13,934 nucleotides of DNA from the NCBI GenBank assembly GCA_964549075.1, contig CAZJUB010000070.1, positions 1-13,934 of the forward strand, in the 5' to 3' direction. Positions within the stretch are counted from its first letter, which is position 1. Every line of letters begins with the position of its first letter. The position numbers and the translations under genes were made by a program. Source of the stretch: an uncultured archaeon. Its GTDB lineage: Archaea > Asgardarchaeota > Heimdallarchaeia > Heimdallarchaeales > Heimdallarchaeaceae. This document shows, one piece after another, positions 8,001-13,934 of this stretch. The notes beneath the pieces are model-generated. The model searched no databases. It saw only the letters and a program-made list of their open reading frames with translations, and was not told the DNA's origin.

Positions 8001-9754
8001 CTTCCAGTTATAGTGAGAACAACTTCATCCCCTCCAAAACAATAGGAGTTGTTATTCATGTTTTGAAGTTCGACACCTAATTGGGAATTATCAGTAATAA
8101 AACGATAAGTTACTTCTTTATAGTGACCAAATGAGTCATTGGTATATAAATATAGGAAATGCTCTCCATCCAAACCAGGCAAATATGTTCTATAAGTATC
8201 ACCCGTAAAAGGTATCCACGTGAACTTATCTTGTGAATCCCACTTATATTGAACATCTATCGAGGTTTCATCCGTAATTAAGATATCAATTACTTTTCCA
8301 GCAGGATAAGCCGTGTTATTCGCAGTTGTAACTAAAGTGCTTACGGCAGGACTATTATCAACCGTAAAAACGTAAAAGAATTCAACAGTTTCAAACACAT
8401 CATAAGTTGTAATAGTAAGATTATGATATCCAGCTACATTTGGAACAGGAAGAAGATAATTTAAAGCAGTTGTATTCAAAAAAGTCCCATTTTTGTCCCA
8501 TTCATGTAAAGCATAATCTATACCAGAATCGTTTAACTGTATTTGTGTATTTTCACTGATAAGAGAACCACTAGGTGGATTGACAAGAACGAGGTTTTGA
8601 GAAGAGCTATCGTACCCTATTTGATAGGTTTCAGTTCTTGTGTTACCATATTCATCTATTCCTTTGACATCAAGTGTATGCCAACCATAAATAGCTGGAG
8701 ACATAGTCCAAGTTGAATCATCAAAAGGGACATATGCTCCTCCATCCCATCGATAAGAAGAATCAACAGAATCAGAAACATCTATACTGACGTTTTTATT
8801 TTCAGTAACATAATAAGTATCATTACTAAAACCACTGACTGATATTGTGGGATATTTTTCTTCATACATATATAAAGAAAGACCGGCATTTATTTTATCA
8901 AGACCAAAAATTGTGTAGGATGTAGAATATATTCCATCAGAAATATCCCAAGTATCAGAACTTGTGCTAAGACCATTATCATTAGTATAAAGTCTGAAGT
9001 GACCTTCACAATTAAGTCTGTTAAGTCTAGCTTGAACTCGGATTTTAAGTCTGTTCCCAGCTGGTATGTTAATAGGAGAACTTAAAGTAAATTCCCTTGG
9101 ATCAGGGTCACTATACCAAGCTGTATCTCCTTCGTAAAAAGTGTGGTAATAATACAAACCAGTATCAGTAGGAGTATCTGGTGATGCTGGATCAACAACA
9201 AAGATATTTATTTGATATCTGACTTGGGGGAGATTGTAAGTCCACTCATTTCTGACATTTGTCATGAGATGAATCTTTCCACTTAAAGTTGCTCCATGTT
9301 CGAAAACTGGAGTAAAAAAAGCGGATTTTATTTCTATATCATTCTCCCACATGGTATAATACTGATAAACTCTAGGAGGCATAGTAAGAGGTAAACTGCT
9401 TTCAAATCTGTGAATCTCATAATCACAAGACTCGCCATCATACATCATTTCTTCATAAGGTTGGTACTCCCAGACTATGCCATCACTATCTATATCTACA
9501 GTTTCATAGTGCTGAAAGAATCCTCGAATTTGATGATTACTTCCTGGTGTGTCAACTTTTTTAATAGGAGTATAAGTGATAATTTCATCAGGATCCGTTG
9601 TATCGATTAATTCATCTAAACCGATAAGTGTTTGGATTTCTTGATCTGAGTCAGAATTATTGAATGTAGAACTACTGAACTCGAAGTATATTAGTGAATT
9701 TAGAAAGAACAACATAATGATAGCAGAATAAATTTTGGAAGAACATCTATTCAT
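5027..9754 (-). CDS. Large type I membrane surface glycoprotein: signal peptide, head domain, ~8 tandem Ig-like repeats, further beta domains, TM helix and cytoplasmic uDENN/longin-like (folliculin/SMCR8-type) domain
   Basis: 1575-aa ORF with an N-terminal hydrophobic signal sequence. Repeats of ~90 aa follow the pattern YxW[DN]...G.h.L.i...D..GN...f.vD..P. TM WLYIIIAGAVILAAIISYVVY at aa 1364-1384. About 32 N-x-S/T sequons (hand count), all before the TM. Tail motifs: GVILNIFDQRRGAIP and HGIQLPNADARGGFENLALVVLV. Confidence 0.9.
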   Translation of the reverse strand: MNRCSSKIYSAIIMLFFLNSLIYFEFSSSTFNNSDSDQEIQTLIGLDELIDTTDPDEIITYTPIKKVDTPGSNHQIRGFFQHYETVDIDSDGIVWEYQPYEEMMYDGESCDYEIHRFESSLPLTMPPRVYQYYTMWENDIEIKSAFFTPVFEHGATLSGKIHLMTNVRNEWTYNLPQVRYQINIFVVDPASPDTPTDTGLYYYHTFYEGDTAWYSDPDPREFTLSSPINIPAGNRLKIRVQARLNRLNCEGHFRLYTNDNGLSTSSDTWDISDGIYSTSYTIFGLDKINAGLSLYMYEEKYPTISVSGFSNDTYYVTENKNVSIDVSDSVDSSYRWDGGAYVPFDDSTWTMSPAIYGWHTLDVKGIDEYGNTRTETYQIGYDSSSQNLVLVNPPSGSLISENTQIQLNDSGIDYALHEWDKNGTFLNTTALNYLLPVPNVAGYHNLTITTYDVFETVEFFYVFTVDNSPAVSTLVTTANNTAYPAGKVIDILITDETSIDVQYKWDSQDKFTWIPFTGDTYRTYLPGLDGEHFLYLYTNDSFGHYKEVTYRFITDNSQLGVELQNMNNNSYCFGGDEVVLTITGSNTTVYYNWNGGLETGVNITGSTLTLNGSDSLPNTIGVHFLTIRTFDIPQNEKIFTFYFTVDKEAPIIDPSIYDYNNMRYTTDEIFTFSLSDNNISSTELSVKYSLDGGTNISLSSPFELALSFFSEGTYTLTLYVTDIAQNLASASFSFTIDMTPPIIDVLSIEGLQTKLGVNYAPANPNIIVSITDDDPSILSTYSWGASYNVSFLGSFILSYSSGTSVLYINATDSLNHKSVYVIQLTIDGAAPNVVITTPFNNSKINSFTSLRFTVSDILVGTIEHVEYGWDIFSPATASVSYDSSGIFELKLPAPYSDGSSILSINAVDLVGNSKTYIFTFTVDKTPPLPALYVYNEDTSTYEELFQNSESNPYLVRGNTSIWYDASKNDDFDSLLYSWNNEVSDYSLNLSLPYIFVLTDDGLANLTVTVEDDTIGSHPNSNKTIYFFYIDDIHIEAVYPSDILDGSLYNLEYSDVFQFMINISDFNTGLAIPNLYWNRTILQLSNTLNLLITNNTITSQIFQFIIYCTNISTTSLDFEFSAGDSAKHTVTINLSILKKEGSLSILADSELSVIYENDIVVNMSFRNDIGVLLNISDIYVNGTKLDDIDFQDLGNYIYQFTYSSLANTPGKGHYTLEILVESMYYFGQTNSPYLLEFDVLSIPIEIEIFVSGYNITYGNTVVISALLSRSLTGAPIINEELVFYIYIYNKKGGVFAFSDYNNVIPFNSDTNSTGFATITFLITSDMDHIAISVEYLGTGPIYGSGQLDFNDFINAIKPPGLSSTWLYIIIAGAVILAAIISYVVYKLTRSPPIDEVIIEVTESEIMEKLATINPGVILNIFDQRRGAIPLVSDHDLDTRYNNRFAIGMDNFLLKIADQAYSSLGFEEQHDRRRIGSIILPREGMVGFIHGIQLPNADARGGFENLALVVLVNEKDDNALLGNQVYLYDDVDTLTNMLKERRSIEEINEQLLVIRKKAVRIVLAALRLEKRTKRKEE
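6660..8850 (-). repeat. Eight diverged ~90-aa Ig-like protein repeats (aa ~302-1030)
   Basis: Cores YRWDGG, HEWDKN, YKWDSQ, YNWNGG, YSLDGG, YSWGAS, YGWDIF and YSWNNE are followed respectively by GWHTLDVKGIDEYGN, GYHNLTITTYD, GEHFLYLYTNDSFGH, GVHFLTIRTFDIPQN, GTYTLTLYVTDIAQN, GTSVLYINATDSLNH, GSSILSINAVDLVGN and GLANLTVTVEDD. The repeats are visible at protein level only. Confidence 0.8.
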
Positions 9755-9938
9755 TCAAACCAGCTCAAGTTTCAAGCTGATATACTATTATATGGAATGG
9801 AGTAACAAATATTTTTACAAGTATACTATCATGGCATAGGTGTAAATAATATATCCTCTTAATTAACTATATATTGTGTCCAAAGTTATAAATCAATCGA
9901 TGATGCAAAGCTGAGAACTATCCTTGAGTATCGTTAGG

Positions 9939-9945
9939 TTTAAGA
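9939..9945 (+). promoter_or_regulatory. Putative TATA box (TTTAAGA) for the ClbS/DfsB gene
   Basis: Positioned -30 to -24 from ATG 9969. Confidence 0.4.
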
Positions 9946-9968
9946 GTCGTTCTGTCAACAGATAAAGT

Positions 9969-10472
9969 ATGAACAAATCTGAGCTCTTGCAATGGTTAAA
10001 AGAAGAACACCAAGCATGGAAAGCAGTCATTGATCAGTTCACTTCTTCTAATTGGGAAAAACCTGGTGTAACAACTTATTGGTCCATGAAAGACACACTT
10101 GCTCATCTAATTGGTTGGAACCGTCAATCATTGGCTAATATGCTAGCAGTGTCGCAGAGTAAACCAAAACCATCACCTCCTTGGCCACCAGAATTAGAAT
10201 CAGACGATGAGATTAATGCTTGGTTTTGTGAAACCAATCGTGAGCGTTCGGTGAAAGAGTTATTATCGGATGAGAAACAGGTTTTTAAGCAGGTATTAGG
10301 GGTTGTAAAGAGTTTTCCAGATGATGTTGAGATCGAAACCTTACAAGAAGAAGGGCGTGAATATTATCTGGTGCATCTAAATGGTCAACGATTACACCCA
10401 GGGGAATTCTTCGATCATTATCGTGATGATCATGAAGCTAAAATCAGTTCATTTCTAAAAAAACAGAATTAA
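9969..10472 (+). CDS. ClbS/DfsB-family (DinB superfamily) four-helix-bundle protein
   Basis: MNKSELL start, WSMKDTLAHLIGW motif, DEINAW...NRERS, and C-terminal DHYRDDH His pair, all typical of DinB/DUF1706-like proteins. Confidence 0.8.
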   Translation: MNKSELLQWLKEEHQAWKAVIDQFTSSNWEKPGVTTYWSMKDTLAHLIGWNRQSLANMLAVSQSKPKPSPPWPPELESDDEINAWFCETNRERSVKELLSDEKQVFKQVLGVVKSFPDDVEIETLQEEGREYYLVHLNGQRLHPGEFFDHYRDDHEAKISSFLKKQN

Positions 10473-10502
10473 ACTAAAAAAATTCTTGGTGAATAAACTA
10501 TA

Positions 10503-10515
10503 GGAAGATATATGA
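10503..10515 (+). promoter_or_regulatory. Putative BRE/TATA (GGAAGA-TATATGA) for the nuclease gene
   Basis: TATATGA lies -30 to -24 from ATG 10539 and is preceded by a purine run. Confidence 0.4.
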
Positions 10516-10538
10516 GCTAAACCTCATACTACTCTATT

Positions 10539-12599
10539 ATGAAATCTTTGCAAATAAAATTCCTAGTTTTATTGATACTAATCTCGATAAGTATCCAATT
10601 TTCTCCTACGACTTATTCATCACCTTCAGGAGATAAGGTCCTCATAACAGAGGTGCTTTATGATGCACCATTTTCTGATGCTACAGAAGAGTGGTTTGAG
10701 CTTTTTAATCCAACAGATGCTGCCATTGATCTGACTGGGTGGACAGCTCATGACAACTATGAATCTATTTCTTTATCTGGTTCAATTCCAGCAAGAGGGT
10801 ACTTTGTTATTTCAAAAAATGCTACTGCTTTTTACAACCTTTACGGTTATAATCCAGATTTAGCTCTAGCTTGGGGAAGCTTTGCATTAAGTAATTCAGG
10901 AGATAATCTCACTCTCTATGATGATTTGAGCAACGAGATAGATTTTGTTGCATGGGAAAATTGGAAGCCGGGTTGGTCTCTATTCGCAGCTGATGGTACA
11001 ACTATTTTGAGAACAAGTTTAGTAGATACTGATACAGTTAATGATTGGGGTAATAGTGGTACACTTGGTGATCCTGGTGATGGACCTTATGATGAGATGC
11101 TGCTAGATGAAGTAGCTCCTGTAGTTGAGATCATTGCTCCAGTAAATGGTTCTGAAGTATCAGGATTTGTTAACATTGAACTGAACGCAACTGACGAGAA
11201 TGGTATTGCCAGATATGAGATATTTGTAGATGGAGGATTAATTGCTACAACAAGCACATATATCTGGGATTCAAGATCCGTTAGCAATGGTTCGCACATA
11301 ATATCTGCTATTTGTAAAGATCCCGCTAACAATTTTGGTCAAGACAACATTAGTGTAATAGTTGCTAATGAAGAGTTAATCACAAGTTTTGATAACATAA
11401 AAATCATGGAGTATAATATCGAGAACTCTGGTGCTGATCCAGACTGGAAAGAGGTTGTAAAAGAAGAAAATCCAGATATCGTGGTCTTCGTGGAAACAGG
11501 ATATTGGGATGATGGTGCAGATGCTTTGCTTGACACCTACACCAACGAATTTAATGCGTATTTTGTCAATGAAGAACCATATGAAAGTTATACAGCGCAA
11601 AATGTTCCTTATGGTACTAGTGGTGAAGCTATTATGAGTAGGTTTCCAATACTTGAATCTGTCCAGATACCTGAAGTACCTTTAGATAATGGAACACTGT
11701 ATGAAGTTACTCATGATTTCATGTTTTGGAATGTAAATATATCTGGAACTGAAGTCTATATCATCGGAGCGCACTTAAAGGCTATGGAAGGAGCTGTGAA
11801 CGAAGCAAGGAGAGAGTATGAGCAAGAAGGAATTATCAATTACATGGATGGTTTAGGAGAACACCCAATCATCTATATGGGAGACTTGAACTCTTTCTCA
11901 CCAGAAGATACAGGAGATTTAGCACCACCATATGACAACCTTGGATATGGACCACTTACTATGATGTTAGAACCAGATGATTCCACCTATGGTCAATACT
12001 CTTCAGAAGTACATAATTTCATAGATGTTTATAGAACACTCAATCCAACAACACCAGGATATACTTACCCATCTTATCAATCGAGAATTGATTTTATTAT
12101 TGTAAATGAGTATTTTGAAGGCTATTTGATAAACTCAACTGTAGGAGATACAGCTTCAGCTAATATAGCTTCAGATCATTATAGTTTAGACTTTTTCTTA
12201 GATACTAATGCTTTTGTGAATGAATTAGATATTCCGCCAGTTCAAGTTCAAGGACTGAATGCAGAAGCCGTTAGTCAAACTATGATTAGTCTTTCTTGGA
12301 GTGCTAATTATGAAAGCGATCTTGCTTATTATAGAGTATTTAGAAACAATGTCAATATAGCTAATACCACAAACACTTTTCTAACCGATAGTGGACTAAG
12401 TCCAAACACTTGGTATGATTATACTATAACAGCTGTAGATACAAATGGAAATGAAGGTATACCTTCTAATTCAGTTTCAGTAAAAACACTTGATGTAACT
12501 ACTGAATCAACTAATTTCAATTTTGGAATAATTGCATTACTCGGAAATTGCGTTGTTATGATATTTGTTTCAAGATATAGAAAAAAGAGAGATAAATAA
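10539..12599 (+). CDS. Membrane-anchored extracellular EEP (DNase I-like) nuclease/phosphoesterase with lamin-tail, Ig-like and FN3 domains
   Basis: Signal peptide; LTD (VLITEVLYD...EEWFELFNP...IDLTGW...LSNSGDNLTL, ~10635-11085); Ig-like domain (~11106-11365); EEP motifs YNIE, PDIVVFVE, AHLKA, MGDLNS, RIDFI and SDH (~11400-12200); FN3 (LSWS...YYRVFRN...DSGLSPNTWYDYTITAVD, ~12230-12490); C-terminal TM plus RYRKKRDK. Confidence 0.9.
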   Translation: MKSLQIKFLVLLILISISIQFSPTTYSSPSGDKVLITEVLYDAPFSDATEEWFELFNPTDAAIDLTGWTAHDNYESISLSGSIPARGYFVISKNATAFYNLYGYNPDLALAWGSFALSNSGDNLTLYDDLSNEIDFVAWENWKPGWSLFAADGTTILRTSLVDTDTVNDWGNSGTLGDPGDGPYDEMLLDEVAPVVEIIAPVNGSEVSGFVNIELNATDENGIARYEIFVDGGLIATTSTYIWDSRSVSNGSHIISAICKDPANNFGQDNISVIVANEELITSFDNIKIMEYNIENSGADPDWKEVVKEENPDIVVFVETGYWDDGADALLDTYTNEFNAYFVNEEPYESYTAQNVPYGTSGEAIMSRFPILESVQIPEVPLDNGTLYEVTHDFMFWNVNISGTEVYIIGAHLKAMEGAVNEARREYEQEGIINYMDGLGEHPIIYMGDLNSFSPEDTGDLAPPYDNLGYGPLTMMLEPDDSTYGQYSSEVHNFIDVYRTLNPTTPGYTYPSYQSRIDFIIVNEYFEGYLINSTVGDTASANIASDHYSLDFFLDTNAFVNELDIPPVQVQGLNAEAVSQTMISLSWSANYESDLAYYRVFRNNVNIANTTNTFLTDSGLSPNTWYDYTITAVDTNGNEGIPSNSVSVKTLDVTTESTNFNFGIIALLGNCVVMIFVSRYRKKRDK

Positions 12600-12628
12600 T
12601 TTCATTTTCTTCTTTTACCTTTTTCTTA
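12599..12628 (+). terminator. Oligo-T archaeal terminator
   Basis: TTTCATTTTCTTCTTTTACCTTTTTCTT immediately after the stop codon. Confidence 0.5.
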
Positions 12629-12665
12629 TATACTAAGGCAAAAATGGGCTGGTTCCATCTTTTCT

Positions 12666-12705
12666 AGAAGAGTTTATTAGCTAGTAAGCATATGTTTTAA
12701 GGTGA
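12666..12705 (+). promoter_or_regulatory. Putative BRE/TATA (AGAAGAG-TTTATTAG) and GGTGA Shine-Dalgarno
   Basis: TTTATTAG at 12673-12680; GGTGA at 12701-12705, 5 nt before ATG 12711. Confidence 0.5.
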
Positions 12706-12710
12706 TACAA

Positions 12711-13661
12711 ATGAAACGATGTAGCAAAATTATTTCTTTATTTGTAGTACTATTCTTACTTTCTGCATTAACTGGGAGGAGCGAAGTAGCATCAAATTCA
12801 CTTGATTTAGTAGCAGGAACAATTGTTATGGGAGATATTTATCAAGGAGACATCTATGGGGAATATAATTTCTCTGTTTATAGAAACTGGCACGATCCCT
12901 TTTATGATTTAGATGTAGTAGATATGGGTATGGATTTCCTTCATTATCCTCCATATAATCCACTCTTCAATGTAACTACAGAGATTGTTAAATCGCTGGT
13001 TGTAATTGACAATAGAACAATGGCTATACCTGTATTTTACTATTATGTGAATACCACAGAATATGATATTACTATATTCATAGATATTCAAGATGATTTA
13101 AACATAACAAGTGATGATTTAAAGGTCACTTTCAATGGAACTACATATATTTATGATGATGTGACTGAAGCAACTCCAGGTTATGAAATAATTAGTCAGT
13201 GGATGCTGAGCTTTGGACTAGGAAATATGTTACTACAGCAATTAATGCCACTCACGCCTTATGCAATTTCACCACTAGCAACAATAGGACAAACGATAGA
13301 ATATGGTTCATATAACGGAACTGTTATGGGATATACGAATTATTATATTAGTGAAACAGAATATTATGAAGCAATTGAAGTTCATCATGATGAAGTAGTA
13401 GTACACGTAGATATGTTAGGATCAGATAGCCCTCAGACTATAGGTGATCGAACGTTACTATATGAAAAGAACACCGGGATTATTTTACATTGGTTGGAGT
13501 ACAATTCTTCTGCAGACAAATATTATTACTTTAACGCAACAGATGTCATAGGTCTCAGCCCTATAATAGTCGTTCCCGAGTTTTCTGGATACTCTTTAGT
13601 AATAATTAGTAGCATTGTCATTGCAATACCAATTTTCTTAGTTAAAAGAAAGAAGAAATGA
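12711..13661 (+). CDS. Secreted acidic beta-rich surface protein with PEF-CTERM-like sorting signal
   Basis: Signal peptide MKRCSKIISLFVVLFLLSALT; Tyr/Asp/Thr-rich body with sequons NFS, NVT, NRT, NTT, NIT, NGT (x2), NSS and NAT; C-terminus VPEF + TM (YSLVIISSIVIAIPIFLV) + KRKKK. ATG 12711 is preferred because the GTG at 12702 lies within the SD. Confidence 0.85.
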   Translation: MKRCSKIISLFVVLFLLSALTGRSEVASNSLDLVAGTIVMGDIYQGDIYGEYNFSVYRNWHDPFYDLDVVDMGMDFLHYPPYNPLFNVTTEIVKSLVVIDNRTMAIPVFYYYVNTTEYDITIFIDIQDDLNITSDDLKVTFNGTTYIYDDVTEATPGYEIISQWMLSFGLGNMLLQQLMPLTPYAISPLATIGQTIEYGSYNGTVMGYTNYYISETEYYEAIEVHHDEVVVHVDMLGSDSPQTIGDRTLLYEKNTGIILHWLEYNSSADKYYYFNATDVIGLSPIIVVPEFSGYSLVIISSIVIAIPIFLVKRKKK

Positions 13662-13692
13662 TCTTTTTTCTTTTTCTTTATTTCTTTGCTTT
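13662..13692 (+). terminator. Oligo-T archaeal terminator
   Basis: TCTTTTTTCTTTTTCTTTATTTCTTTGCTTT directly after the TGA. Confidence 0.55.
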
Positions 13693-13722
13693 ACATGAAG
13701 TAGTTGATTTAACAAACTACTT

Positions 13723-13934
13723 TTAATCTAATAATCGTTTTATTCCCACTAGTTTTTGGATTTCAGTGATATTTTGAGACACTTCAATGCATCCCAAATA
13801 TTTTCCTTCCTCATCACGAAGAGCGTAATATTCAATGAGTACTTTCTGTTTATCTTCAAAACCTTCAACAGTCAAATCTATCCAGAATCTAGCTTTATCT
13901 CTTTTATTAGCTTTCATCTCGTTTATTATTGTTA
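13723..13934 (-). CDS. 3' end of a DUF438/PAS_10-type PAS-domain protein (partial; continues beyond the window)
   Basis: The frame is open to the window edge (TIINEMKANKRD...). FWI...IEYYALRDEEGKYLGCIEVSQNITEIQKLVGIKRLLD matches the characteristic C-terminus of PAS_10/DUF438 proteins. Confidence 0.8.
   Translation of the reverse strand, partial: TIINEMKANKRDKARFWIDLTVEGFEDKQKVLIEYYALRDEEGKYLGCIEVSQNITEIQKLVGIKRLLD

Noticed and set aside
7593-9610. Short + strand ORFs 7593-7781 and 9410-9610
   Set aside because: Antisense to the 1575-aa gene, with no motifs or expression signals.
9781-9834. Imperfect direct repeat TATACTAT...ATGG at 9781 and 9822
   Set aside because: Only two short AT-rich copies; not a CRISPR array, and too weak to call as an operator.
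10635-11085. Lamin-tail domain as a eukaryotic signature protein
   Set aside because: LTDs are common in prokaryotic secreted hydrolases, and there is no coiled-coil rod here.
11087-13091. Short minus-strand ORFs inside the nuclease and PEF-tail genes
   Set aside because: Shadow ORFs of strongly supported genes.
13915-13917. ATG at 13917 as the start of a 64-aa protein
   Set aside because: The frame remains open to the window edge and the sequence is only the C-terminal half of a PAS domain.
1-13934. CRISPR arrays, tRNA/rRNA genes, transposases, integrases or defence systems
   Set aside because: None recognisable. Intergenic gaps are short (at most ~215 bp) and no ORF has the relevant motifs.

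Overview
AT-rich, gene-dense archaeal window. Archaeal-type TATA boxes, a GGTGA SD site, oligo-T terminators, sequon-rich surface proteins, a VPEF-type sorting tail and a longin/uDENN-like domain together suggest an Asgard (Heimdallarchaeia-like) archaeon; this assignment is inference. Left to right: a small zinc-ribbon gene (-), a PadR regulator in an operon with a heterodimeric multidrug-type ABC exporter (+), a 1575-aa single-pass surface glycoprotein (-), a ClbS/DfsB (DinB-like) protein, a membrane-anchored LTD-Ig-EEP-FN3 nuclease/phosphoesterase, a PEF-CTERM-like surface protein, and the 3' end of a DUF438-type PAS protein (-). The standout is the 1575-aa protein. It has a signal peptide, a sequon-free head, about 8 Ig-like repeats and one TM helix. 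Its ~190-aa cytoplasmic domain carries the motifs of folliculin/SMCR8-type uDENN (longin) domains, including the ARG motif that holds the GAP arginine finger in eukaryotes. It is therefore a candidate prokaryotic receptor-GAP. All domain calls come from motif recognition by eye; no database searches were run.
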